This document shows, one piece after another, positions 8,601-17,785 of a DNA stretch of 64,000 nucleotides; the stretch's first letter is position 1, and every line of letters starts with the position of its first letter. Both the position numbers and the translations under genes were made by a program. The notes below the pieces were generated by a model, which was given only the letters and a program-made list of their open reading frames with translations, had not been told where the DNA came from and ran no database searches. The stretch lies in the NCBI GenBank assembly GCA_046290505.1, contig JBKAGS010000002.1, forward strand, positions 41,790 through 105,789, written 5' to 3'. Source of the DNA: Phycisphaeraceae bacterium. Its GTDB lineage: Bacteria; Planctomycetota; Phycisphaerae; Phycisphaerales; Phycisphaeraceae.

Positions 8601-11322
8601 GCTGCGGGTCTGGGGGGCCCCGGGCCGGTTGGTCCTGGACAACGCGCAGGGCGCGCTGGAGGCGCGGAACCTCGGCTCGTTGTCCGTGGTGGGCTTGGCG
8701 GGCGAAGCGGGCACGCTGCGGGTGATCGACGGCGGGCGCATCGAGCTGGACGGCGACTACCGCTTGAACCGGGACGTGACGCTGGGCGCGGGTGCCACGC
8801 TCGCGTTGGCCGGCACCGCCGAGTTGGACGCGCGGTTGACGGTCGGTGCCGGGGCGACGCTCCAGATCGACGCGCAATGGGCCAACCGCGGGCGGATCGA
8901 GTTGCAGGGCGGCCAGCTCAAGATCGTGCGTGCGCCCGACACCGTCGGCGACCTGTCGCTTGGCGACGGCAGCCTGGCGATCGCCGGGGCGTTGACCACC
9001 GACCAGCTCGCCGTGCTTCCGATCGGCGACGCGACCGTGCAGGTCGTCTACGGCGGGGTGATCCACAACCAAAGCAGGCTGATCGACCTGGGGGTCGATG
9101 TCGGCGTGTTCGAGCTGCGTGGCGGGCGGCTCGAGGGCGGGTTCGTCGGATCCACCGTCGGCGCGAGCCTGTTCGCGGTTGCCGCCACGAGCGAGTTGGA
9201 CGGCCTGCAAAGCATCGATGCGGCGGTCCGGGTCGCCGAGGGCGCGGTGCTCTCGATCCGCGACAGCAGCTGGACGGTGCCGGTGAGCGTTCGCGCGGGC
9301 GGGCGGCTGGACCTCGAGGGTGCGGGCTGGGCCAACCTCGCCGGCGTCGAGTCGGTGGACGGCGAGGTCCGCCTGAACGGTTTGGCCCCGCATTTGGGCG
9401 CGTACCGGCTCACCCGCTCCACGCTCTCGGTCGCGACCGCGGGTGTCGGGCCTGCGGGCGAGCCGGCCGCGATCCGGGCGCGCGTCCTGGCCGACGCGGT
9501 GGGGTTCGCCGAGCAAGCCACGATCGCGCTGCGGCCGGGCGCGGAGGTCGATAGCCAGGGCGACACGCTCGACCTCGACGACGCTTCGCTGACCTGGCGG
9601 ATGCAAGGCGGCACGCTGCGCGGCGGGCGGGTCCGCGCGACGGGCGACGCGGTCTTCGAGGTGGACGGCGGGGGCGTGTTGGACACGGTGAGGGTCGAAG
9701 CGCCGATCCACCTCGTCTCCCCCGGCGTGCTCGAACTGACCGACGGCACGACCGCCGCCGGCGGGCTGAGCTTCAACCACCGCTCGGGCGCACCCGCGAC
9801 GGTTCGGCTCGGGGACAACCAATCCCTGGCGGGGTTCGGCGACATCGTCTTCGAGGCCGGCGGGCCCCAGACCAACCGCGTGCAATCGCCCGGCGGGACG
9901 CTGGACATCCCGGCGGGGGCCGGCGTCGTGGCCCGTGACGGCGGGGGCGGGACGGTCGGGACGCTCGAGGACCCGGTGGTCAACCGCGGGGCGCTGTCGG
10001 CCCGAGGCGCGGGCAGCGTGCTGCGCATCCGTGGCTCGACGGTCACCAACGCGGGCGGGACGCTGCACGCGGTCGACGCGGGCACGCTCGATCTCCAGTG
10101 GATGGCCGGGAGCCTGGGCGAACTGGAGGTCCGCGACGACGCGACGCTGGTGCTGTACGGCGTGTTCGAGTTCGACCGGCCCACGCGGTTCGATGACGTC
10201 ACGGTGTCCCTGGCCGGCGCGTGGTCGGTCGGCGCGCCCTTACGAGCCCGCGACACCACGATGCACTGGCTCAACACGCCATACGCGGGCAAAGAGCGGA
10301 TCGACGTTGCCAACTCGCGGGTCTATCTCAGCGCCCCCGCGACGCTCGCCGACCTGCCCTCGTCGCTGGCCGGCAACCGCAACCACCTGACCTTGCGGGC
10401 CTACGGCAGCCTGGACCTCGGCGCCGGCGCGTCCGCCGGTCTCGGTTACCGGCTGACGCTCGACGGCGGGACGCTACGCAACGGCACGGTCGATGGGGCC
10501 GATGCCGATGCGCTCGAGGTGCTTTCGTCCAGCACGCTCCGCGACGTGGTCGTGTCGGCGGACCTCGCGATCGCCGGCGGTGCGCAGCTTCAACTCTCGG
10601 ACACGACGATCGGCGCGGTGACCTTGTCCGCCGGCGAAGGCGGCGAGTTCGTCGTGACCGCGGCGCGATCCGCCGTGTTTGATTCGTCCCGAGTCCAGGC
10701 GGCCGTGCAGAACCACGGCGGGCTGGTCGTGCGCGGGCCGGTCAGCATCGCCGGCGACTACACCCAATCGCACGACGCCGCGCTGACGCTGGGCCTGTAC
10801 GCCACGCCCGACGGCGGGACCGGTTCGGATCGGCTGGCGGTCGGCGGCGTGGCAGAGCTCGCCGGCACGCTCCGGGTCGAATCGAGCCCGGGCCAGCCCT
10901 TCGCGTTCATGGACCGCTTCGAGCTGTTGCAGCTCACCGATCCGCGCGGGTGGTTCCACGACCTCGTGCTGCCCGACCTGCCCGACGGCTTGAGCTGGGA
11001 ACGCGGCTATCTTCAAAGCGACGGGGTCCTGCTGGTCGTCTCGGTGCAAGGCGACACGGACGGCGACGGCGTCGTCGATCAGGCGGACCTGTCCGCGGTG
11101 ATGAACCACTTCGGCCAGCAGGTCGGCGCGCACAACCGCCCGGCAGGCGACCTGAGCGGCGACGGCCGGGTCGGCGTCGAAGACCTCGACGCCGTGCTCG
11201 CGAGTTGGCAGCCCGTGGCGGCGGCACCGACGCCGGTCCCCGAGCCCGCGGGGTTTGGCGCCCTCGTGTTGTGCGCCGGCCTGGGCCTGAGCCGACCGGC
11301 ACGCCGGCGGGAGGATGCGTGA
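5653..11322 (+). CDS. Giant (about 1889 aa) secreted repeat / beta-helix-like protein with dockerin-type repeats and a PEP-CTERM anchor
   Basis: Uninterrupted ORF with a signal-like N-terminus (AGLFRCLIAIGAGVASPWWCVGARAQ). Gly/Asp/Thr-rich repeats run throughout. C-terminus has GDTDGDGVVDQADL, GDLSGDGRVGVEDLD and VPEPAGFGALVLCAGLGLSRPARRR. The start codon (TTG in the ORF track) is uncertain. Confidence 0.7.
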   Translation: MIPGGRLSGLNPIPAAGLFRCLIAIGAGVASPWWCVGARAQTLAQWLSPVDGSWADPARWSTDPAYPSNGQPGAGDTYDVRVDAAGGPYTVLFDASAGVVTVDRLTIDSPDATVYLSPFSNGFTAANGIDLRQGRLLFSGGRIVDTAITGGGSFDIDYASGSRKSRLEHVTLGVDLSISDSSEVETLGDLALDNATILLQGQQQSARLGGANTHDHAAPGGLNLTGSGRLEVSGYARLYNQVDQTMRFGPGIDVVADDRAGFYTVELASSYRGRIVNEGSITAGAGGTMTMYADELVNSGVIRAIDGGVIDLQIDEDKTVTTAGLGAIQTANGGYAIVRAQIDNSGAVLNLGGDGHDWRLRSGNNTRSRVSGGRINATTTPVVVSDTELSGVTLAGTLAGTYRVYDGLVMDDAKLIVDNARVFFAAGQAITGQGTIEFDDPYDSTYRVQFGHYEQAGSVFIGPGVVLHSLTNLRRNIEFYDTISEATILFDGTTDRNGAGLVGRNFTNRGLIHVRGGNPVLQGASFNAVHAPFVNEGEIRVESGVHIRLGNGFENPGTLTLKPDTAVTFYGSNTIAAYQNIDHQGAAFEVQDQIDLLGGTFDFQAIFGDAKHTLDYDRPEFKNGRILDSAGDLVLFYQGSDHKYFTDVQFASDTSLFGYNRASLSGDIGIPAGVTFYLGLVPQGVSDTDRAYLYSGAPDGTTISGGGEIVVVNDATNPTHAGIETSHATDMIVGPDITVRTQGGAAFTFEAINRGRVRLDHPQDLMLLDGRWANQGVIEVNAGQVRLGGSFTADRVGEVRSAPGAGLYIVGELDLAGGSFDFDASDGGRWFINQRGRVRNGTIQTTGAPLRVGDYGSGTYDGIGDLESVTVAGEVVVDHRNLLRIFGGLTLEGGRVRVGSEGLTNGELLIVAGNFLLDGTGELLFSGSGTRNELSFANYDGVPEPSFTIGAGVTLRTDGGAGVIDLGVTQARNLGVIAADANLLRVWGAPGRLVLDNAQGALEARNLGSLSVVGLAGEAGTLRVIDGGRIELDGDYRLNRDVTLGAGATLALAGTAELDARLTVGAGATLQIDAQWANRGRIELQGGQLKIVRAPDTVGDLSLGDGSLAIAGALTTDQLAVLPIGDATVQVVYGGVIHNQSRLIDLGVDVGVFELRGGRLEGGFVGSTVGASLFAVAATSELDGLQSIDAAVRVAEGAVLSIRDSSWTVPVSVRAGGRLDLEGAGWANLAGVESVDGEVRLNGLAPHLGAYRLTRSTLSVATAGVGPAGEPAAIRARVLADAVGFAEQATIALRPGAEVDSQGDTLDLDDASLTWRMQGGTLRGGRVRATGDAVFEVDGGGVLDTVRVEAPIHLVSPGVLELTDGTTAAGGLSFNHRSGAPATVRLGDNQSLAGFGDIVFEAGGPQTNRVQSPGGTLDIPAGAGVVARDGGGGTVGTLEDPVVNRGALSARGAGSVLRIRGSTVTNAGGTLHAVDAGTLDLQWMAGSLGELEVRDDATLVLYGVFEFDRPTRFDDVTVSLAGAWSVGAPLRARDTTMHWLNTPYAGKERIDVANSRVYLSAPATLADLPSSLAGNRNHLTLRAYGSLDLGAGASAGLGYRLTLDGGTLRNGTVDGADADALEVLSSSTLRDVVVSADLAIAGGAQLQLSDTTIGAVTLSAGEGGEFVVTAARSAVFDSSRVQAAVQNHGGLVVRGPVSIAGDYTQSHDAALTLGLYATPDGGTGSDRLAVGGVAELAGTLRVESSPGQPFAFMDRFELLQLTDPRGWFHDLVLPDLPDGLSWERGYLQSDGVLLVVSVQGDTDGDGVVDQADLSAVMNHFGQQVGAHNRPAGDLSGDGRVGVEDLDAVLASWQPVAAAPTPVPEPAGFGALVLCAGLGLSRPARRREDA

Positions 11323-14300
11323 TGCCGTCACCCCTACGCACGACGACCCGGGCCCTCGCTTTCGCCGCCGCGTGCGCCGCCGCGCCCGTGGCACGGCCCG
11401 CGACCACCCCGATCGGCCAAGTCTACCCCGCGCCGTGGGTGGTGCAGCCGGACGAAGACCTGTACATCGGCGACACGCTGTTGGGCATCCTGCAGATCAA
11501 TGACGGCGACAGCCTCTCGGCCCGCCGTTCGTTGCTCGCGGTGGACCCGGGCGTCGTCGGCCGGCTCGAACTACAAGACCCCGGCAGCGCGCTGTACCTC
11601 GCCTACGGCCTCGTCGCGGCGATCCAGGGCGACGCGAGCGTCGAGGTGCGCGACGGCGCCTTGTTGTCCTCCTCGGCCGGCAGCCTCGGCGTCGAAGCGG
11701 GCAGCTCGGCGACGGTTACGATCGATGGCACGCACAGCCGCTGGCTGATGCCCGGCGACCTGACGATCGGCGGACTGGGAGAGGGGGCCGTGCACGTCAC
11801 GAACGGCGGGCGGCTCGAGGCCGACCAGATCACGCTCGCCGATCGCTACGACCCCGCGGCGGGCGACCCACCGACCGCCAGCGGGCTGCTGCGCGTCGCC
11901 GGCACCGGCTCCACCCTGGTCTTCACCGACCCGCTGACCGTCGGCGCGAACGGCCCGGGCCGGCTGGAAGTCACCTCGGGCGCCGCGCTCGACGGCAGCT
12001 CGGGCGGGTCGATGACCATCGGCGCGTCGGTGTTCGCACCCAGTTCAGCACTATTCGTCGGCACCGACACGACCGTCCAGGTCACCGGGCTGACCCTCGC
12101 CGTCGGCGGCGCCGGCTCGCTCGACCTCGCCGGCGGCGCGAGCCTGACCACCGGCGCCGTCCGCGCCGGGCTGCACGCGACGGGGCTGGCGCAGATCACC
12201 CTCGACGGCGTAGGTACCGCCTGGCAGACCACCCAGAGCGTGCGTTTGGGCGAAACCGGCGGCGCCCAGGTCCTCGTCCGTGGGTCGGCGACGCTCACCA
12301 CCAGCGACGCGCTGCTCGCTCAAGAAACCGGCGCCAACGCCCGGGTCACCGTCACCGGCGCGGGCACGGCCTGGGCGATCAACCGCCGGGCCAGCACGGG
12401 CCTGAAAGACCCGGGTGCGGCGGGTGAGCTGGTCGTCGGCCCCCGGGGAACAGGCGCACTGATCATCGCCGACCAGGCCGTCGTCACCGCCCAGGCCAAC
12501 GCGTATTTCGGGATCGACCTGCAGCGGGCTTGGGGGCACCGGGGCGGCCGGGGCGCGCTTCACCTCGCAGGGGGCACCCTGATCGCGAACAGCGTCCTGG
12601 TCAGCCCCGACGACCTGACGGGCGTCGGGCAGGTGCAGGCCGGCGGCTGGGTGCTGGACGGGGCATGGTCCGCGGCGTCGTTGGCCGACCTGCCGACCCA
12701 GCAACAAGTCCACGACGCCAACGGGTTGGCGATCGGCGTGCAGCTGGCGTGGTCCAGCGACAGCGACCTGTTCGGCGCGGGCTACCTCGGCTCGGGACGC
12801 GCCACCCTGACCGACGGTTTTGCCCTGCAGACCGGCCACGGCATCATCGGCTATGGCGGCGCTTCGGACGGCTGGGTCACCCTCCGCGGGGCGCAAACGG
12901 CTTGGGACGTCGGCCGGCTGTCGGTCGGCAACCGCGGCATCGGCGTCATGTCGGTGCAGGACGCCGCGGCCGTCACGTTCCGATCCGTGGTACTCGGCGA
13001 ATACCCCGACGCCCAGGGCCACCTGCTGATCACCGGGCAAGCCAGCCGCATGGCTCCGGCGACCTCGGGCGGCTGGCTCGTCGTCGGCGAAGAAGGCCTG
13101 GGCAACCTGCTGGTCCAAGCAAACGGCGAACTGCAAAGCGGCGACGCGACGATCGCCGCCCAGACCGGTTCGATCGGGCAAGTGACGCTGTCCGACGGCT
13201 CGTCGTGGTCGGCGACTGGCGCGATCGTCGTCGGCGACCGCGGGGCCGGGACGCTGGCGCTGGACGCCGGCTCGACGGTGCGCGGGAACCTGACCCTCGG
13301 GCCGACGCAGGCCGGGCACGGCACGCTCACGCTCCGCGGCGGGGCGCAGGCCCCGGGCCAGTTCCGCGTCTACGCGAGCAACGCGACCATCCTGGTCGAA
13401 GGCGGCGCCCACGCCCAGTGGAACGACGTCGAGCTGGGCAATACCGCGCAATGGGTCGAGCCCGACGATCACGACCCCCAGGCCGACCCGCCACCGATCG
13501 ACGTCCCCGCGCACACCCACCTCACCGTCCGGGGCGCCGAGAGCCGGGTCAGCGCCGATGACTTGCGGATCGGTCATTGGGAACACGCCGACGCCTTGAT
13601 CGAGCAGGGCGCCTCGCTCACCGCGAACGCGGCGTACCTGGGCGTCCACGAAGGCGCGTTGGGCGGCGCGACGATCAGCGGCGCGGGCGCGGTGTTCGGC
13701 GTGCAGCAACTCGCGACGATCGGCGAAAGGGGCCGGGGCGTCCTGGCCGTGCAAGACGGCGCTTCTGTCACCGCCCGGGGCATCCGCATCGGATGGAACC
13801 CGACCGCCTCGGGCTACCTCGACGCCGCCGGGCCGGGCACCACCGTGACGGTCGATCACGCGATCGAGAGCCGATACGGCGCGGACTCGGGCCTGCGCAT
13901 CGCCGGGGGCGCGAAGGTCTACGCCCCCGCCGCGACAAGGCTGATCAACACGCTCGACCCCACCCACAGCGCCGCGCTGGCCATGGACCAAGGCGAACTG
14001 TTCACCGGCGCCTTGCTCGCGAACGCGGCAAAGATCACGGGCACCGGCACCATCCACGCCGACAGCATGGTGCTCGACGGCGACTGGGTCTTCGATGCGT
14101 CCACACCCCTGCCGACCACCGTCCGGATCAACCAGCAGCCGGGGCAGGACATCGCCGTCCTGCTCGACTGGGCGGACCCCGAAACGGTCTTCGGCGCTGG
14201 CAGCGGCGCCGACGGCAGCGTCTTGCTTCGCCACGGCGCGGACCTGCGCCACGGCGTGGGCTACATCGGGCTGGCGGCGGGCGGCCACGGCAGCGTCGTC

Positions 14301-15758
14301 GTCCAGGACCAGCGCTCGCGCTGGCGGATCGACGACCGCCTGTACGTCGGCTACGGGGGGACCGGCACGCTGACGCTGAAAGACAGCGGGGTCGTCGTCG
14401 CCGACCAGCTGCACGCGGGCACCTACCCGAGCGGCGACGCCAGCGTCGTGGTGGACGGCGCGGGTTCGGTGCTCGATCTGAAAAGGCTGGCGCGCCTCGG
14501 CACCCGAGGCCGGGGCGTCTTGACCGTCCGCGATGGCGGGCTGGTGCTGGTGAACAACGGCATCGAAACCGGGCAGGAACCGGGCGCGACCGGGATCATC
14601 CGTATCACCGGCACACACGCCACGCTCCAGGCCCAGGCCGCCGTCATCGGCGATCAGGGCCACGGCGAGTTGCACGTCGCCGACGGCGGCGTCGCCTACC
14701 TCGGCGACACCGAACTGGCCTACGACGGCCGCGGCTCGGCGATCATGACCGTCACCGGAGCCGGATCGTTCGTGCAGACCCACGACCTGCTGGTCTCGCG
14801 TCACGGCTCCGGCGAACTGACCCTCGACGGCGGCGCCGCGGTCCAAACGCTCGGCGTGGCGCGCATCGGCGGGTTCTACTTCCCCGCCCGGCCCTCGCTC
14901 GCCCGCGTCTCGGGGCCCGGCACGACCTGGGACACCCGGGCGCTCTACGTCGGCGAAGGGCACCTGCTCGTGTCCGACGCGGCCCGCCTGCAAAGCGAAA
15001 ACGCCTACATCGGCGTGTGGTCCAACGCCACCGCCAGAGCCACCCTCCAAGGCGAGCAGACCGCGTGGGCGATCGAAAACAACCTCGTCGTCGGCCACAT
15101 GAACCGACCCGCCAGGCTCGAGGTCCTGCAGGACGCGGCCGTCACCGTCGCCGGCGACCTGCAAGTGACCGGCCAGGGTGAGTTGGTCCTGGGCGTCAGC
15201 GCAGGCGCCGCGCCCGCGATGACGGTTTGGGGCGATTCGGCCTTCGACGGCGGGCTCGACGTGCGACTCAACCCCAACACGATCCCCGACGACCAAAGCG
15301 TCACGATCGTCCTCGAAACCGTCGGCACGACCGCCGGGGCGTTCGATGGCCTGAACCCCGGCGACCTGCTCGGCGTGCAGTTCGGCGTGGCCATGCGACT
15401 GGTCACCGACGCGGGAGACGGCAACGACCTCGCCGTGGCCGTCGAGTACGTCCGCCCCGGCGACCTGGACGGGTCCGGCGTGATCGACCAGCAGGACCTG
15501 GGCCTGCTGATTGCCAACTGGGGACAAGCCGTCCAGCCCGGCGACTGGTCCCTCGGCGACGTCAACAACGACGGCCAGGTGGGGATCGCGGACCTGGACC
15601 TGACCCTGAGCCACTGGGACGCGCAGGGTTCGCCGCCCAACGCGATCCCCGAACCCGCCGGGCTGTTCTACCTCGGCCTCGCACTGGCGGCGTACGCGCA
15701 CCGTCGTCGGCGCGCGCCGGCCGGACCAAGGGAGCGCAAGACATGGCCCCGAGCCTGA
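11322..15758 (+). CDS. Giant (about 1478 aa) repeat protein of the T5SS/PEP-CTERM-associated-repeat type, with dockerin-type repeats and a PEP-CTERM anchor
   Basis: ATG at 11322 overlaps the previous TGA (TGATG), with GGGAGG upstream. Signal-like MPSPLRTTTRALAFAAACAAAPVA. Periodic ~55-60 aa units of the form V.G.GS.W....L.VG..G.G.L.V.DGG.V. C-terminus has GDLDGSGVIDQQDL, GDVNNDGQVGIADLD and IPEPAGLFYLGLALAAYAHRRRR. Confidence 0.75.
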   Translation: MPSPLRTTTRALAFAAACAAAPVARPATTPIGQVYPAPWVVQPDEDLYIGDTLLGILQINDGDSLSARRSLLAVDPGVVGRLELQDPGSALYLAYGLVAAIQGDASVEVRDGALLSSSAGSLGVEAGSSATVTIDGTHSRWLMPGDLTIGGLGEGAVHVTNGGRLEADQITLADRYDPAAGDPPTASGLLRVAGTGSTLVFTDPLTVGANGPGRLEVTSGAALDGSSGGSMTIGASVFAPSSALFVGTDTTVQVTGLTLAVGGAGSLDLAGGASLTTGAVRAGLHATGLAQITLDGVGTAWQTTQSVRLGETGGAQVLVRGSATLTTSDALLAQETGANARVTVTGAGTAWAINRRASTGLKDPGAAGELVVGPRGTGALIIADQAVVTAQANAYFGIDLQRAWGHRGGRGALHLAGGTLIANSVLVSPDDLTGVGQVQAGGWVLDGAWSAASLADLPTQQQVHDANGLAIGVQLAWSSDSDLFGAGYLGSGRATLTDGFALQTGHGIIGYGGASDGWVTLRGAQTAWDVGRLSVGNRGIGVMSVQDAAAVTFRSVVLGEYPDAQGHLLITGQASRMAPATSGGWLVVGEEGLGNLLVQANGELQSGDATIAAQTGSIGQVTLSDGSSWSATGAIVVGDRGAGTLALDAGSTVRGNLTLGPTQAGHGTLTLRGGAQAPGQFRVYASNATILVEGGAHAQWNDVELGNTAQWVEPDDHDPQADPPPIDVPAHTHLTVRGAESRVSADDLRIGHWEHADALIEQGASLTANAAYLGVHEGALGGATISGAGAVFGVQQLATIGERGRGVLAVQDGASVTARGIRIGWNPTASGYLDAAGPGTTVTVDHAIESRYGADSGLRIAGGAKVYAPAATRLINTLDPTHSAALAMDQGELFTGALLANAAKITGTGTIHADSMVLDGDWVFDASTPLPTTVRINQQPGQDIAVLLDWADPETVFGAGSGADGSVLLRHGADLRHGVGYIGLAAGGHGSVVVQDQRSRWRIDDRLYVGYGGTGTLTLKDSGVVVADQLHAGTYPSGDASVVVDGAGSVLDLKRLARLGTRGRGVLTVRDGGLVLVNNGIETGQEPGATGIIRITGTHATLQAQAAVIGDQGHGELHVADGGVAYLGDTELAYDGRGSAIMTVTGAGSFVQTHDLLVSRHGSGELTLDGGAAVQTLGVARIGGFYFPARPSLARVSGPGTTWDTRALYVGEGHLLVSDAARLQSENAYIGVWSNATARATLQGEQTAWAIENNLVVGHMNRPARLEVLQDAAVTVAGDLQVTGQGELVLGVSAGAAPAMTVWGDSAFDGGLDVRLNPNTIPDDQSVTIVLETVGTTAGAFDGLNPGDLLGVQFGVAMRLVTDAGDGNDLAVAVEYVRPGDLDGSGVIDQQDLGLLIANWGQAVQPGDWSLGDVNNDGQVGIADLDLTLSHWDAQGSPPNAIPEPAGLFYLGLALAAYAHRRRRAPAGPRERKTWPRA

Positions 15759-17485
15759 CCGCCCGCCAATCACCCGCCGCCGGCCAACGCCTGCGCGGCG
15801 CGGCCGCTGTTTTCGCCCTGGCGGCCCTGACCGCCGGCCACGCCCGGGCACAGGTCCAGTGGACCGGCGCGGTCTACCCCGCGCCGACCCAGACCACGCT
15901 CAACGACGACCTGTTCGTCGGTTACAACACCGCCGGCTCACTCACGATCGACGACGCCGGCGTCGTCTACGACTACTACGGCTACCTCGGCTACTACCCC
16001 TTCGCCACCGGCCAGGCCACCATCGACGGCCCGGGCTCGCTCTGGAAGCACGGCCGAAACCTCTACGTCGGCTACCGCGGCGACGCCACGCTGACCCTCC
16101 AGAACGGCGGACGCGTCGAATCGACCTACACCACCCTCGGCGACCAGCCCGGGGCGTCGGGGCAGGTCCTGGTCAGGGGCGACGGCTCAACGCTGGTTAC
16201 GACCGGGTCCATCGAGGTCGCCAACCAGGGCCGGGCCGTGCTGACCATCCAGCAAGGCGGCCGGGTCGAAACCAACTCGGTCCGCATCGGGCGCGACGCC
16301 AGCTCGCACGGGCGGGTGGTCGTTGAAGGTACCGGCTCGACGCTCGACGGCGGCGTCGTGCTCTACGGCTCGACGGCGCCCGGCCCCGACCTGATCATCC
16401 GCGACGCGGGCAAACTCACCAACGGCGACGCGTACGTCGGGCAAGCCGACAACGGCCTGAACAGCCACGTGCTCGTCGATGGGCCGGGGTCGCAATGGGA
16501 CGCCGATCGATTCGAATTGGGCTACGCGGGTACGGGCGAAGTCCTGGTCGAAGTGAAAAACGGGGCGCGACTCAACACCGGCAACGCGCAGGTCGGCTGG
16601 CAAAGTGTCGCCCGCGTCGAGGTCCACGGCCCCGCCAGCCGGTGGACCGCCGCGCAGTACATCGTCGGGATCGAAAGCGACGCGGACGTCTATATCACCG
16701 GCGGCGCCGCCGCGACGGGCACCCGCGGCTACATCGGCAACTACATCGGCGACTACCGAGGCGCGGTGACGGTGCGGGGCGCCGGCTCGTCGTGGTCCCT
16801 CAGCCAGTTCATGCTGCTGGGCGTTCGCGACGGGGCCGTGGGCGAAATCAACGCGATCGACGGCGGGCGCATCTCCGTCAACCAGTACCTGACGATCAAC
16901 GACGCGAGTCGGGTCCATGTCAGCGTCGGTCACGACGCGCTCGTTGCCCCCATCTCCATCGGCGGCGACGCGCAACTGGCGGGGGAACTGGCCGTCACGC
17001 CCGACGCCGGGGCCGCGCTCGCCGATGGCCAAGCCTTCCCGGTCATGAGCGTCGGCGCACGACGCACCGGTCAGTTCGCCGGCCTCGACGAAGGCGGCGT
17101 CGTGGATGTCTGGTCCGGCCTCGCGCTGACCATCACCTACGCCGGCGGAGACGGCAACGACGTCTGGCTGCACGCGTCCGCCGCGATGCCGGGCGACCTG
17201 AACGCGTCGGGCCTGGTGGACCAGGCCGACCTGGACATCGTGCTGAACCGATTCGGCCAATCGGTGAAACCGGGGCATTGGACCCAAGGGGACGCGGACC
17301 TCGACGGCGTCGTCGGTGTCAGCGACCTGGACGCGGTCTTGGCGAATTGGTCCAACCCCGCCAACGCCCCGGCATACGTCCCCGAACCCGCTTCGTGCGC
17401 GGTCTTTGCCCTCGCAACCGCGCTGGTCTGCCGTCCTCGGCGAGGCCCCGCGACACGCCGCCCGTCGCAACGCCCGGCCACGTGA
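15743..17485 (+). CDS. Third paralogous repeat protein (about 580 aa) with dockerin-type repeats and a PEP-CTERM anchor
   Basis: ATG at 15743 (GGGAG upstream) overlaps the previous gene by 16 nt. Signal-like AAAVFALAALTAGHARAQ. Same repeat grammar as 11322..15758. C-terminus has GDLNASGLVDQADLD, GDADLDGVVGVSDLD and VPEPASCAVFALATALVCRPRRG. Confidence 0.75.
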   Translation: MAPSLTARQSPAAGQRLRGAAAVFALAALTAGHARAQVQWTGAVYPAPTQTTLNDDLFVGYNTAGSLTIDDAGVVYDYYGYLGYYPFATGQATIDGPGSLWKHGRNLYVGYRGDATLTLQNGGRVESTYTTLGDQPGASGQVLVRGDGSTLVTTGSIEVANQGRAVLTIQQGGRVETNSVRIGRDASSHGRVVVEGTGSTLDGGVVLYGSTAPGPDLIIRDAGKLTNGDAYVGQADNGLNSHVLVDGPGSQWDADRFELGYAGTGEVLVEVKNGARLNTGNAQVGWQSVARVEVHGPASRWTAAQYIVGIESDADVYITGGAAATGTRGYIGNYIGDYRGAVTVRGAGSSWSLSQFMLLGVRDGAVGEINAIDGGRISVNQYLTINDASRVHVSVGHDALVAPISIGGDAQLAGELAVTPDAGAALADGQAFPVMSVGARRTGQFAGLDEGGVVDVWSGLALTITYAGGDGNDVWLHASAAMPGDLNASGLVDQADLDIVLNRFGQSVKPGHWTQGDADLDGVVGVSDLDAVLANWSNPANAPAYVPEPASCAVFALATALVCRPRRGPATRRPSQRPAT

Positions 17486-17785
17486 TCAGTGAGCCACCCA
17501 CGCGATCCGCACGCACAACCTCGGCGATCGCAGCGCAACGCCCGACCACGCCCACCCGGACACCCACCAGCTTGTACCAGACGCGATGGCCCGGACCGCC
17601 CCCCGGCTTCGGGACAACGGTAGACGGATCGCAAGCACCCACGGCATGGTTGCGACCGACCGGCCCCGGAACCCGATGGGCTCGTACAGCATGGATTCGC
17701 ACAACGTCCTGCGAGCGATCAGCGGTGCTCCGCGCGGCGCGTGCGAATCATCGGGACCGTACGGTCGCGTGACAACGCCGGGAGT

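Noticed and set aside
84-17470. Long minus-strand ORFs antisense to the surface-protein genes (84..1241, 997..2067, 2267..3367, 3241..4992, 5674..8289, 8398..10068, 12051..15851, 16187..17470 and others).
   Set aside because: These are typical stop-codon-poor shadow ORFs of very GC-rich DNA. Their translations are Arg/Ala/Gly/Pro-rich low-complexity strings with no motifs. The plus-strand partners have signal peptides, SD sequences and recognisable domains.
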